Shown here one piece after another: positions 10,764 to 21,300 of a stretch of DNA of 64,000 nucleotides (positions are counted from its first letter, which is position 1; every line of letters starts with the position of its first letter). Origin of the DNA: an uncultured Chloroflexia bacterium (GTDB lineage Bacteria; Chloroflexota; Dehalococcoidia; DSTF01; JALHUB01); assembly GCA_963726245.1 (NCBI GenBank), contig CAVSBT010000017.1, forward strand, positions 128,001 through 192,000, in the 5' to 3' direction. Under the pieces are notes generated by a model, which did not search any database, was not told the DNA's origin, and saw only the letters and a list, made by a program, of their open reading frames with translations. A program made the translations under genes and the position numbers.

Positions 10764-11231
10764 ATGCACGACCCGGAGACATTGGAAAAGGCGATGGACC
10801 TCTACTTGCGCGCCGCCAGCGCCTTGGACCCCATTCGCGTTAGGGGGTGGAGGGACTTGGAGCTGACTTTGACGCAGCTCTTCGTCCTCTTCCACCTCCG
10901 CGAAACGCCCGGTACCTCGGCCGGCACACTGGCGGAAGAATTGCGCGTTACGCCTCCCACCGTGACCGGGTTGGTGGATCGATTGGTCCGCATGGGACTG
11001 GTGCGGCGGGAGGAGGACGCCAAGGACCGCCGGCTGGTGCGCAACGCCCTCACAGCACGGGGCGAGGAGACCGTCGGCGAGGTGGAACGTGAGGGCCGGT
11101 CCCTTCTGATTCAGCTATTCGAACGCCTCACTGCCCGGCAGCTCTCACGACTGGTCGATTCGCTGGAAGTGCTCGTGGCTGCCGCCGACGATATGGCACG
11201 CCTCGCAGCGGACGATTCGGCGGCCTCCTAG
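10764..11231 (+). CDS. MarR-family transcriptional regulator
   Basis: LTLTQLFVL...LAEELRVTPPTVTGLVDRLVRMGLVRREEDAKDRR...LTARG. Confidence 0.92.
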   Translation: MHDPETLEKAMDLYLRAASALDPIRVRGWRDLELTLTQLFVLFHLRETPGTSAGTLAEELRVTPPTVTGLVDRLVRMGLVRREEDAKDRRLVRNALTARGEETVGEVEREGRSLLIQLFERLTARQLSRLVDSLEVLVAAADDMARLAADDSAAS

Positions 11232-11482
11232 CCGGCCGCCAGGCGGCAAGCCCTCGCTCGCAGCTTCGGACCACCCCAGCCCTCACGTCCCTAAAGGCCC
11301 CCTCTGGAGAGCGTGGTGCAGCCTGCGCTTTTCGTCGCCGATCATCCTCTGGAAGGTACCGATGCCCGTTTGGTGGGGTGTTCAGGCCGTTTGGCAATTG
11401 ACGACCCGTACCCGTGGGGACGACAATCTAGGCACTGGATACCGCAGAAGGCGCGGGCGAAGCCGGCGGCTCGTGGAAAGCG

Positions 11483-12127
11483 ATGGTACTGATCTTCTTC
11501 GGCCTGCTCATACTGGCCATCGTGCTGCTGCTCATGCTGCTCGTCTTTGGGTTCACACTGCGCGCGCTGGGCAGCCTCCTCCTCATCCCCGGCGAGTTTG
11601 CCGACATCGTCAGCAGAGAGTCGGTGCGCCGCAACCACGCCCTCAAGAACGCCACTATGAACGTCATCGAAGAGCGGTTGGGCCGGCGGCCCCTCGGCGG
11701 CCAGGCCCGGAGGGACGGCTTCACGCTGGAGGGGGCGGCGCCCCTGGACCTGGTGCTCTCGGCGGCGCGGGAGGGCCTGAGCCGGCTGAAGGCCGGCGAG
11801 CAGCACCTCGCTGTGTACCGCCGCTGCGGCCCTACCATAGCCACAGGCGCCTTCCTCTGCGCCGTGCTCTTCCTGGGCGTCCTGCTGGGCATCGGACGCC
11901 TCTCGCTGCTCAACGTGGCTCTGGCCGTGCTGGTCGCTGACCTGCTGGGCCCTCGAATCAGCATCATCCTCCAGCGCGTCCTCTCCTCCTTCGCCGACGT
12001 GTCCAGCCTGCGTGTCGTGGGTCTGGCGGGCCGGCCGCTGCCCCACACCGGCGGAGCGCCCTCCGCGCGTTTCGACGTGCGAACGGCGCCGGACGGTGCG
12101 GAGTCTCGGAATCGGCGTCTCCCTTAA
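11483..12127 (+). CDS. membrane protein, DUF6391-like
   Basis: N-terminal TM; RRNHALKNAT and LAVYRRCGPTI resemble the RRNHxLEHAT / LAxHPxCGT motifs I recall for this family; C-terminal TM pair. Confidence 0.6.
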   Translation: MVLIFFGLLILAIVLLLMLLVFGFTLRALGSLLLIPGEFADIVSRESVRRNHALKNATMNVIEERLGRRPLGGQARRDGFTLEGAAPLDLVLSAAREGLSRLKAGEQHLAVYRRCGPTIATGAFLCAVLFLGVLLGIGRLSLLNVALAVLVADLLGPRISIILQRVLSSFADVSSLRVVGLAGRPLPHTGGAPSARFDVRTAPDGAESRNRRLP

Positions 12128-12147
12128 TGGTCTGTTGAAAAAGCGAC

Positions 12148-12191
12148 CTCTTCTGTCACCCTGAGTCCGCCACAGGCGGACGAAGGGTCTC
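12148..12191. repeat. second-family palindromic repeat (GTCAxxCTGAG...CGAAG type)
   Basis: TGTCACCCTGAGTCCGCCACAGGCGGACGAAGGGTCTC; a related CATGCCGAGCTTGTCGAAGCA sits near 10599-10619. Confidence 0.5.
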
Positions 12192-12324
12192 GCCAACCCA
12201 GAAAACGCGGGGCGCCCTTCGACCACAGCCGAAGGACGTTGACCCAAAGCCGTAGGCGTCCGAGAATGCTGCCAGCCCCTCCGTCGGCGCCCGGCAGCGC
12301 GCCGGCCTGAGGTGGCGACGCTGC

Positions 12325-12663
12325 GTGGAACCGAAGGTAAAGCTCTGGATAGAGGAAGGCGGCCTGCTGGCCCTCAGCGACTACCGGGTGCGGTTGCTCC
12401 AGCATGTGGCCGACACGGGGTCGCTGGCGCAGGCGGCGCAACGCATGGGCCTCTCCTACCGGCGGGCCTGGGGCAAGATCAAGGAGATCGAGCGGAATCT
12501 GGGGGTTCGCCTGGTGCGGAGCGAAGTGGGCGGCGTCGGCGGCGGCGGGACGCGGCTCACGCCCAGGGGCGAGCGACTGCTGGCCCAGTACCGGCGGTTC
12601 CGGGCGGCGGTGGAGACGGATGTGAGCCGGGATTACATGGAGGCGTTCGGCGAAGAGCCGTAG
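12325..12663 (+). CDS. ModE-like winged-helix regulator (DNA-binding domain only)
   Basis: LLQHVADTGSLAQAAQRMGLSYRRAWGKIKEIERNLGVRLVRSEVGGVGGGGTRLT is the ModE N-terminal signature; directly upstream of tupABC. Confidence 0.9.
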   Translation: MEPKVKLWIEEGGLLALSDYRVRLLQHVADTGSLAQAAQRMGLSYRRAWGKIKEIERNLGVRLVRSEVGGVGGGGTRLTPRGERLLAQYRRFRAAVETDVSRDYMEAFGEEP

Positions 12664-12676
12664 TTTTTTTCGCGGC

Positions 12677-12698
12677 GTTATGCTGGTCGTGGCATAAC
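12677..12698. promoter_or_regulatory. putative ModE-type operator
   Basis: Inverted repeat GTTATGC-N8-GCATAAC between the ModE-like gene and the tupA RBS; resembles ModE boxes (CGTTAT...ATAACG). Confidence 0.7.
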
Positions 12699-12725
12699 AC
12701 CTTTCAGGACGGAGGATAACACAGG

Positions 12726-13592
12726 ATGAAGAATCGACCGATGGCCTGGCGATGGATCGCAATCTTGGCTGGGATGGCCGGCGCTGCTCGCGCTGGCGGC
12801 GACAGGCTTGCGGGGGTGGAAAGGAGATCATCCTGTCTACCACCACCAGCACACAGGACAGCGGCCTCCTGGATGTGCTGCTGCCCGCGTTTAAGCAGGC
12901 GAGCGGCTACAAGGTGAAGGTCATCGCCGTGGGCTCGGGCGAGGCGCTGGCCATGGCCGACCGCGGCGATGCCGATGCCGTCCTGGCGCACGCTCCCAGC
13001 TCCGAGCAGGCGCTCGTCGACAAGGGGTCGGTGGTCAACCGACAGCTCGTCATGCACAATGACTTCGTCATCGTGGGCCCGGCCGGCGACCCGGTGGGCA
13101 TCAAGGGCATGAAGTCGGCCACCGAGGCGCTGACCAAGATCGCGGACCAGAAAGCGTCCTTCATCAGTCGAGGCGACGACTCCGGCACAGACAAGCTGGA
13201 GAAGAGCCTGTGGAAGAAGGCCAACCTGACGCCGACGGGACAAGGCTGGTACGAGGAGAGCGGCCAGGGCATGGGCGCCACCCTCCAGATCGCCAGCCAG
13301 AAGAGCGGCCTACACCATCTCCGACCGCGGCACCTACCTGGCCCAGAGCGCGAACCTCTCGCTGGAGGTGCTGGTGGAGGGCGACCCGGTGCTGCTCAAC
13401 ATCTACCACGTGATGCAGGTGAACCCCGATCGGTTCAGCCGCGTCAACGCTGAGGGCGGCAAGGCCTTCGTCGACTTCATGGTCTCGGCCGATACCCAGA
13501 AGATGATCGGCGACTTCGGCGTCGAGAAGTTTGGCCAGCCCCTGTTCATCCCCGACGCCGGCAAGGCGGAGTCTGAGCTGGGTCTGCCATAG
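12726..13592 (+). CDS. tupA: tungstate ABC transporter substrate-binding lipoprotein (apparent indels near 5' end and ~13310)
   Basis: LSTTTSTQDSGLLD (TTTS tungstate motif), FISRGDDSGT, ESGQGMGATL, then DPVLLNIYHVMQVNP in the shifted frame. Confidence 0.9.
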
Positions 13593-13611
13593 CGGGTAAG
13601 GAGGCAGGGCC

Positions 13612-14310
13612 ATGGACCTCATCTGGGACGGCGTCCGGGAGGCATTTCGCATCCTGGGGACGGGCGACTACTCCCTGTGGGAGATCACCCTGCGGTCGCT
13701 CTTCATATCGGGGTCGGCCGTGGTCATCAGCCTCTTCATCGGCGTTGCGCTGGGGTCGCTGCTGGCCTTCAAAGAGTTCCCGGGCCGGAACCTGGCCTTT
13801 ACGCTCGTCAACACGGGCATGGGGCTGCCGCCGGTGGTGGTCGGGCTTCTGGTCGCCATCATGCTGTGGCGCAGCGGGCCCCTCGGCCAGCTCAACCTCA
13901 TCTATACGCCGATGGCCATGATCATCGCCCAGACCATCATCGCGGCGCCCATCGTCACCGGCTTCACCGCGGCGGCGCTGCGCAGCCTCAGTCCCAGGCT
14001 GCGCTTGCAGCTCTACGCGCTGGGCGCGTCGCGGCTCCAGATGCTCTGGCTCGTCCTCTGGGAGGCGAAGCTGCCTCTGCTGGCGGCGGTGATGGCGGGC
14101 TTCGGGGGTGCCGTATCCGAGATTGGCGCCTCCATCATGGTGGGCGGCAACCTGGCTGGGGACACCAGGGTGCTGACGACGGCGGTGGTCTTGGAGGTCT
14201 CCCGGGGCGAGTTCGCGCCCGCCATCGCTCTGTCCATCGTGCTGCTCGGCCTCATATTCGCCGTCAACCTGATCCTGACCACCGTGCAGCAGCAGGAGCA
14301 GCGCTCGTGA
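13612..14310 (+). CDS. tupB: tungstate ABC transporter permease
   Basis: NTGMGLPPVVVGL, RSGPLG, AGFGGAVSEIGASIMVGGNL, TRVLTTA. Confidence 0.93.
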   Translation: MDLIWDGVREAFRILGTGDYSLWEITLRSLFISGSAVVISLFIGVALGSLLAFKEFPGRNLAFTLVNTGMGLPPVVVGLLVAIMLWRSGPLGQLNLIYTPMAMIIAQTIIAAPIVTGFTAAALRSLSPRLRLQLYALGASRLQMLWLVLWEAKLPLLAAVMAGFGGAVSEIGASIMVGGNLAGDTRVLTTAVVLEVSRGEFAPAIALSIVLLGLIFAVNLILTTVQQQEQRS

Positions 14311-15485
14311 GCGAGCCCAAGCTCTCTCTCCGCGACGTCCAGGTGCGGCGCCGCGGCGGCGACATCCTCCAGGTGCCGCACTTGGACGTGCTTCCCGGCG
14401 AGGTGCTGGCCGTCATCGGGCCGAACGGGGCGGGCAAGACCACGCTCATGATGGTGCTGGCCCTGCTGGAACGTCCCTCGCAGGGGGAGGTGCTGTTCGA
14501 GGGCGAGAGCGTGCGGGGACGCGAGCTCTCGCTGCGACGGCGGATGGCGGTGGTCTTCCAGGAAGCGCTCCTTCTGCGTCGCTCGGTGGTGGACAACGTG
14601 GGTATGGGCCTGGCCCTCCGCGGCGTGCCCCGCCGCCAGCGGAACGAGCGCGCCCTGCACTGGATGGAGCGGTTCGGCATCCCCCAACTGGGCCGCCGGG
14701 GGGCTCGCAATCTCTCCGGCGGCGAGGCGCAGCGCGCCAGCCTGGCGCGCGCCTTCGCCCTGGAACCGGAGGTCCTCCTCCTGGACGAACCGTTCAGCGG
14801 CCTGGACCAGCCCACCCGCGAGGCGCTCCTGGAGGAGCTGGCCGCAGTGCTGGCGGAGACGGCCATGACCACGGTCTTCGTCACCCACGATCGGGATGAG
14901 GCGGCCCGGCTCAGTCACCGCGTGGCGGTGTTGCTCAGGGGCCGCTTGCGGCAGGTGGGCGCGGCGGCGGACGTGTTCGCCGCGCCCGTGGACGAGGAGG
15001 TGGCGGCGTTCGTCGGGGTCGAGACCATGGTTCCGGCCCGCGCCGTCGGCGATGCGGGCGGCCTGGCGCGCCTGGAGGTGGCCGGCCACGTCATCGAGGC
15101 CGTGGTCAAGGGTCCGCTCGCCCCGGACGTGCTGGTCTGCCTGCGTCCGGAGGACGTCGTGCTGGCGCCGCCCGACGGCGTCATGCCGTCCAGCGCCCGC
15201 AACCGTCTGCCGGGCGTCATCACCCGCGTCGTGCCTGCCGGGGCCCAGGTCCGCGTGACCGTGGACTGCGGCTTCCCGCTGGTCGCGGTCGTCACCCGCC
15301 GGTCGCTGGAGGAGCTGGGATTAGTCGCCGGCGCTCCGGTGGTGGCCACCTTCAAGGCCAGCGCCGTCCACCTCATCCCCCGGCCCGCGGCCCGCAGAAC
15401 CGTAGGGACAGAGCTTCAGCTCTGTCCGTCTCCAACGAGACGCCCGCCTGCACGGCGCGCAGCAGCTCCAGGCTGTCGGCGATGA
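14307..15485 (+). CDS. tupC: tungstate ABC transporter ATPase with C-terminal TOBE domain
   Basis: GTG overlapping tupB stop; GPNGAGKT, LSGGEAQR, LLLDEPF, VTHD; SSARNRL...FKASAVH (TOBE). Tail runs through a REP, so the true stop may be earlier. Confidence 0.9.
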   Translation: MSEPKLSLRDVQVRRRGGDILQVPHLDVLPGEVLAVIGPNGAGKTTLMMVLALLERPSQGEVLFEGESVRGRELSLRRRMAVVFQEALLLRRSVVDNVGMGLALRGVPRRQRNERALHWMERFGIPQLGRRGARNLSGGEAQRASLARAFALEPEVLLLDEPFSGLDQPTREALLEELAAVLAETAMTTVFVTHDRDEAARLSHRVAVLLRGRLRQVGAAADVFAAPVDEEVAAFVGVETMVPARAVGDAGGLARLEVAGHVIEAVVKGPLAPDVLVCLRPEDVVLAPPDGVMPSSARNRLPGVITRVVPAGAQVRVTVDCGFPLVAVVTRRSLEELGLVAGAPVVATFKASAVHLIPRPAARRTVGTELQLCPSPTRRPPARRAAAPGCRR

Positions 15486-16168
15486 GGCCGCTGGCGCCCC
15501 AGCCGATCACCTTCCTCGCATCCTCCGGGTCGTCAATGCCCCAGACGTAGAGCGCCAGACCCTCGGCCCGCAGGCGGCGGGCCAGCGCTTCGTCGAGCAG
15601 GTCGCGCTGGATGGCCACCCCCGCTCGAAGGCGGTCGTCGGGAGGCAGGGCCAGGAGGGCGGCGCGGTGGCGCCGGCTGTTGACGGAGCGCACGAGGCGC
15701 AGGTCGGGCTCGCTGCGCCGCAGCTCGGCCAGCAGGCCCCAGTGCTCAGACGAGACCGTCGCCTCCTTCAAGGCGTCATTGCGGCGCAGGGCGTCGAGCA
15801 GGGCGCCCGGAAAGGGCCGGGCGAGGGCTTTGAGGTCCAGGTAGGGCCGCGCGCGCCCTTTGACCTGCTCGAGGAGCTCGTCCAGGGTGAGCTGGGCGCT
15901 ACGGTCGACGCGCAGGTACCAGCGGTCCCAGTACAGAGGCAGGAAGGGGAGCCGCCGCGCGTGCCGGGCGACGATGCGGCCGCCGTCCCAGCGCAGGTCG
16001 GCCTCAACGGCGTCGACGCCGGCCGACAGGGCCCGTCTCAAGGGCGGCGCGGTCGTTGCCCGCTCGGTGAGCGATCGTCAGGATGTGGCCGGTGCCTGCC
16101 TGGGGGCGTCCGCCGGGGCCGGGAGAAGAGGAAGAGGGGCCTGATGGCCCCTCGCTGTCGTCTCTCAC
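15373..16168 (-). CDS. glycerophosphodiester phosphodiesterase-family protein (apparent indel near 16040)
   Basis: LTIAHRAGN in one frame, then GVDAVEADL, YLDLK, LYVWGID, GASGLIAD. Ends approximate. Confidence 0.82.
15402..15427 (+). repeat. GTAG-type REP palindrome
   Basis: GTAG-GGACAGAGC-ttca-GCTCTGTCC; near-identical inverted copy at 45088-45115. Confidence 0.8.
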
Positions 16169-16183
16169 GGTGCCCAGGCCGCG

Positions 16184-16702
16184 TCAGTCCTCACACAGGC
16201 CGAGCACGCTCACCAGCACGGAGCGCCGCTTCGGGCGGTCCAGCTCGACCAGGAAGACGCGTTGCCACTGCCCCAGCGTAAGTCTCCCGTCGACGATGGG
16301 GATGGTCTCGCTGGTGGGCAGGAACAGGTGCTGGCAGTGGGCGTGGCCGTTGGGGCACTCGTCGTCGTCCATGTTCTCGGTGCGGCGCGAGAAGTCGTTG
16401 TGGTGGTAATCGTCGTCGCAAGAGGCGGCGCCGTCCAGGGCGCGCGCCATGTCCTGCAGGAGAAGAGGCTCGTTCTCGTTGATCTTGACGGCGGCCGTGG
16501 TGTGGGTGGAGTAGACGGTGGCCTGCCCGAACCGAACGCCGGAGGCGGCGACGACGGACTCCACCTGCTCCGTGATGTCGATGAACTCGGGGGCGGTGTT
16601 TGTCTCCACCTCCAGCGACTCGCAACAGAAGGCCGTTGCGCGGTTCTGCCTTCGCATGACGACCGGTCTCTGGGCGGGAGCACCTGCGGTCACACTTCTC
16701 AT
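16184..16702 (-). CDS. YjbQ/UPF0047 family protein
   Basis: FIDITEQV, HTTAAVKINENEP, NGHAH, LTLGQWQRVFLVELDRP. Confidence 0.92.
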   Translation of the reverse strand: MRSVTAGAPAQRPVVMRRQNRATAFCCESLEVETNTAPEFIDITEQVESVVAASGVRFGQATVYSTHTTAAVKINENEPLLLQDMARALDGAASCDDDYHHNDFSRRTENMDDDECPNGHAHCQHLFLPTSETIPIVDGRLTLGQWQRVFLVELDRPKRRSVLVSVLGLCED

Positions 16703-16830
16703 TTGGACACGTTTCCTCCGCCTAACTCAGATGGGCTCGCTGGAGAGCATAACCGTATTAGTGTAGCACGTTTGGCCGCTAGATGAAGGGGGATCAAGCC
16801 CCCGCCAGCGAAGATCGGGGGTACTCCTCA

Positions 16831-17710
16831 TCATCTCTTAATGTAGCCGAGCCCCTCCGCAAGACGCTTGGGCGCGAAGCCGAAGTTGCGGGGCACGGCG
16901 TCGATATCCGTCGCGTTGTCCTTGGCCAGCATGGCCAGTTGCTGGCGCGTGACCAGGGGCCGCGGAAGAAGAGCTTCCATGGCTCTGGCTGCCGCGCGCA
17001 CCAGCGGTCAGGGGCACGTGAACGCTGAGCCGGCGCACGCCGAGCTCGCGACGCACCGTCGCCAGCATCTCCTCGTAGGTCAGGTGCTCCGGTCCTCCCA
17101 CCTCGATGATCTGGCCGTCGTGCGCGCCTTCCTCCAGGCAGGCGGCGATGCAGGTGACCAGGTCCTCCACCCAGATGGGCTGGAAGCGGGTCTTGCCGTC
17201 CCCGGCGACGGGCACGATGGGGTTCCAGCGCACCAGCCCCGCCAGCCGGTTGAAGAAGTCGTCCTCCGGGCCGAAGACGATGGAGGGCCGCAGGATGGTG
17301 TAGGTGAGGCCGCTGCCGATGACCGCCTGCTCGGCTCCCCACTTGGCTGCCCAGTAGGGGAAGCGCGGGTCCGGGTCGGCGCCGATGGCGCTGACGTAGA
17401 CGAGCTTGCGCACGCCGGCGGCGCGGGCCGCCTCCACCAGCCGCTCGGTGCCGCCGCGAACAACGGCGTCGAAGGTCTGGGGCCCGCGCTCCGCGATGAT
17501 CGCGACCAGGTGCGCCACCCGCTCGACGCCCTGGAGGGCGACCGCCAGGCCGTCGCCGGTGACCACGTCGGCCGTCACCGATTCCACGCCGTCGGGGAGT
17601 CGGGGAGAACGCGCGCCGCGAGCGGCAACGCGCACCGGCTTGCCCTCCTGGGCCAGTCGCGCCACCAGCCGGCTGCCGATGAACCCCGTGCCGCCGGTAA
17701 CGAGGATCAT
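16831..17710 (-). CDS. NAD(P)-binding SDR-like protein, NDUFA9 family (apparent indel near 17000)
   Basis: MILVTGGTGFIG, HLVAII, YWAAKWGAEQ, TILRPSIVFGPED, FQPIWVEDL; shifted frame ends TRQQLAMLAKDN...GLGYIKR*. Confidence 0.88.
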
Positions 17711-17889
17711 GGTGGGCCTCCTTTCCCGCCGTCGCAGGGCTGAGGTCTGGCCGCGTCCGCTGGGCGCCATCTTAGCACCCACCTGCGTGGCGCGGCAACG
17801 CGCGACGCCAGCCAGCCCGTACACATAAGGGCTCCTCTTCCACTATCATTGGAGAACTCAGGCATACGCTACCCGGGAAGGAGCAGGAC

Positions 17890-19058
17890 ATGGACTTCGA
17901 GCTGTCCGAAGAGCACAAGATGATCCGGGAGACCGCCCGGCGCATCGCCCGCGAGCGCATCGCTCCACGGGCGGCCGAGATTGACGAGAAAGAGGAGTAC
18001 CCTCACGATATCTTCCAGGTGTTTCGGGAGGCGGGCCTCCTGGGGCTGAGCATACCCCGGGAGTACGGCGGGGCAGGCGCCGGCATACTGGCCCTCTGCC
18101 TGGCCGTTGAGGAGGCGGCGAAGTACTGCTGCTCCTCAGGGCTCATGCTCCTCCTCTCAGGCCTCTCCACGCAGTCCATACTCATCGGCGGCAGCGAGCA
18201 GCAGAAGCGCGAGTTCGCCGCCCGCGTCGCCAGCGGCGAGTACAAGGGCGCCTTCTGCCTGACGGAGCCCAACGCCGGCTCCGACGCCGCCAACCTCCAG
18301 TCTCGCGCCCGCCGCGACGGCGACGACTACGTGATCAACGGCGAGAAGTGCTTCATCTCCGGCGGCAGCGTGGCCGACTACGTGGTCACGTTCGCCAAGA
18401 CGGACCCGGAGGCCGGCGCCCGCGGCATCTGCGGCTTCATCGTGCCCGCCGACGCGCCCGGCTTCTCGGTGGCCCGCACCGACCAGCAAGATGGGCGTTC
18501 GAGGCGTGCCCACGGCCAGCCTGGCCTTCGACAACTGCCGGGTGCCTGGCCAGAACCTCCTGGGCGGGAAGGAGAACGGCGGCTTCCGCACGGTCATGAT
18601 GACCCTCAACAGCATACGGCCGGTGGTGGGGGCCCGCGGCGTCGGCCTGGCCGAGGGCGCCCTCAGCCTATGCCCTGGAGTTCGCCCGCCAGCGAGAGGC
18701 CTTCGGCGGGCCCATCGCCAACCTCCAGGCCATCCAGTTCATGTTCGCCGACATGGCCATCCAGATCGAGGCGGCCCGCCTCCTCGTCTACCAGGGCGGC
18801 TGGTTGGTGGACCAGGGCCGCTTCGACCGCCAGGATGCCCACTTCCTGTCCATCGGCAAGGTCTTCGCCACCGAGATGGCGGTCCGCGTCTCCTCCGACG
18901 CCCTCCAGGTGCTGGGCGCCCAGGGCTATATGCGCGACCATCCCCTGGAGCGCCACTACCGCGACGCCCGCCAGCTCATGATTGTCGAGGGGACGAGCCA
19001 GATCCAGCGCGTGGTCATCTCGCGGGCGCTCCTTCAGCGAGACCTGGTCTATCCGTAG
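17890..19058 (+). CDS. acyl-CoA dehydrogenase (two apparent indels)
   Basis: MDFELSEEH, FCLTEPNAGSDA, INGEKCFISGG, KMGVRG, QVLGAQGYMRDHPLERHYRDARQLMIVEGTSQIQR. Confidence 0.92.
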
Positions 19059-19115
19059 AAGGCTGGTGACCTCCGGGAGGGGCGCACAGTCCGCCAGGGG
19101 CGGACGCCCCTACGA

Positions 19116-20249
19116 CTACGGCTGGCGGCCAGGCGAGAGGGGCACGTCCGCTTCCTCGGTCCAGACCTGCCAGGCGGGCTTGGCGGAGCCGTCGGCGCGG
19201 CGGAGGCCGATGTACTGTAGCAGGTCCAGCGGCGGCTCCTGGACGACGGCGGGGATCGGTGCTGGCGAACCAGACCACGAAGGCCATGTCCAGGCGCTGG
19301 GCGTCCTGGAACAGACGGCGGAGGAAGGCCTCCTGGTCCTCCTCCGTGCCCTCGTTGATGCCCTCGCGCCCCGGGCCCGAGGAGTAGCCCGCGGCGGCGA
19401 TGGCGATGGGGGCGTCGCTGTAGCGCCGGAGCTGGTCATAGTAGTCAGGCGGGATGTCGTCGGGGGTGGCGAAGGCGAAGCTGGGATAGGTGGTAACGGC
19501 CAGGATGTCCACCTTGGGCTCGAAGTCGCAGCACCAGGTGCCAGCGGCTGACGGCCCCCGGCTGCGGCAGACTGGCCGGCCGGCGAAAGCAGGTTCTGGA
19601 TGGCCTCCATCTGGAACGTGGGGAAGACCAGCGTCTCCGGCGAGATGTCCTTGACGGCGTCATAGGCCTCGAAGTAGAGGCTGACGAAGTTGTCGAAGTC
19701 ATCGGGCCGGGCCGCCTCATAGAGGTCCACCTCCATGCCCAGGGCCATGTAGCGGGGCCTCAGGTTCAGGGCCAGGTACTGGGCATAGGCGATGAAGGCA
19801 GAGCGGACCCGCGGGTCGCCGAAGCCGGCGTCCGCCAGGTCCTCCGGCGGGGAGGCCAGCCGCCCCCGGTCCGCCGGGTCCAGGGGGTCCACGGCGGCGA
19901 AGATGCCCAGGCCGTTCTCCTCGGCCAGGCGCTTCTCCTCGCGGGTCAGGTCCAGCGTCTCGGCGGAGATGACGCCGCCGGGCCGGAACTCCTCCCAGGG
20001 CGGCGCCCGCTGGATGAGGATGAGCTCGCCGTTCTCGCCGGCCAGTTTGAAGGCCTCCTCGTAGCCAGCCTTCGATGGCTGCTCCGGGAAGGAACTGAGG
20101 CCCATCTCAAAGGACCGGGGTTCCGCCCCCTCTTGCTGGGGCTGGGGTTCTTCAGAGGTCCCGCCACCGCGACACGCCGCACCGAGAAAGACCGCAATCA
20201 GCAGCAGGGGGAGAAGGAGGAATGGCTTGCGAACGATAGTGGATCTCAA
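19116..20249 (-). CDS. lipoprotein with glycoside-hydrolase-like TIM barrel (apparent indels ~19260-19530)
   Basis: Lipobox-like LGAAC; YMALGMEVD, YDAVKDISPETLVFPTFQ, DILAVTTYP, QEAFLRRL, IGLRRADGSAKPAWQVW as in clan-A GH-like barrels. Confidence 0.65.
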   Translation of the reverse strand: MRSTIVRKPFLLLPLLLIAVFLGAACRGGGTSEEPQPQQEGAEPRSFEMGLSSFPEQPSKAGYEEAFKLAGENGELILIQRAPPWEEFRPGGVISAETLDLTREEKRLAEENGLGIFAAVDPLDPADRGRLASPPEDLADAGFGDPRVRSAFIAYAQYLALNLRPRYMALGMEVDLYEAARPDDFDNFVSLYFEAYDAVKDISPETLVFPTFQMEAIQNLLSPAGQSAAAGGRQPLAPGAATSSPRWTSWPLPPIPASPSPPPTTSRLTTMTSSGATATPPSPSPPRATPRARGARASTRARRRTRRPSSAVCSRTPSAWTWPSWSGSPAPIPAVVQEPPLDLLQYIGLRRADGSAKPAWQVWTEEADVPLSPGRQP

Positions 20250-20422
20250 GGTTCCTGTGACGCCGCCCAGGGGTGGCAGTTCGACCCTCGACTCTCTCGG
20301 CTGTCCCTGCCGAATTCTCGCCGCATATCTCGCTGGGGTCAACCGGCGCCCAGGGGACGGTGTTGACCCGGCGCTGTAAACTAGGGTCTGTGTTCCTACT
20401 CACAACCCGGCCTGAGCGTGGC

Positions 20423-21140
20423 ATGCACCGGCTAACCTTCCGCCCCCGCGAGCTGCGCCGCCTCTTCTATCCTCGCCACCTTCCTTGGCATGTTCGACCG
20501 CTTCCAGGAGGTGATCAACAGCCACGTCCCGGCCGGAAGCGTCCTCCTGGACGCCGGCTGCGGAAGGGGCCGCACGTTCCTCTATCGACGCCGCCTGCCG
20601 TCCGTCCGGGTCGTGGGGCTGGACATGTCGCCCTACGCCCGCGACAACCCGAACGTGGACTCCCAGGTGCGGGGGAACGTGGAGGCATTGCCCTTCGCCG
20701 ACGCCTCCTTCGACGCCGTCCTCAGCACCCACGTCGCCGAGCACCTGGCCCGCCCCGAGGCCGCCTTCGGCGAGATGGCCCGCGTGCTGCGGCCCGGCGG
20801 CCGGCTGCTGCTCCTCACGCCCAACCGCCTCCACTACGTGCCCCTCCTGGCCCGCCTCCTGCCCGCGGGCCTGCACGCGGCGGTGAACCGGCATCGCGGC
20901 CTGGGCGAGCACGACGTGTTCCCCACGCTCTACCGGGCGAATACGGCCGCCGACCTGCGCCGCCTGGCGGCGGGCGCCGGCCTCCACGTGGAGCGGCTGG
21001 AGGCCTTCGAGACGGAGCCCGAGTACCTGGCCTTCCACCCTCTCGCCTATGCCGCCGGCGTCCTCTACGAGCGAGTGGTGAATCGCTATCGGGCCCTGGC
21101 GCCCCTGCGCGTGAACCTGCTGTTGGTGGCGCGAAAGTAG
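20423..21140 (+). CDS. class I SAM-dependent methyltransferase
   Basis: LLDAGCGRG, VVGLD, LPFADASFDAV, EMARVLRPGGRLLLLTPN; start 20423 (with indel) or 20490. Confidence 0.9.
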
Positions 21141-21220
21141 GGGCGCCCCTCGCGGGCGCCCCCTGGGGCAGGGGCGAGCCCTGCCTGCACGGCGAACCGT
21201 AGGACGAGCTCAGCTCGTCC
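21137..21220 (+). repeat. GTAG-type REP cluster
   Basis: GTAGGGGCGCCCCTCGCGGGCGCCCC ... GTAGGACGAGCTCAGCTCGTCC. Confidence 0.75.
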
Positions 21221-21300
21221 GCAAGGTCTCTAGCGGCAGCTGTGACGGCTGTGGCACGCTTGGTCAGAGGCGTAGGGCCGGGCTGAGGGGCGGCCCTGCC

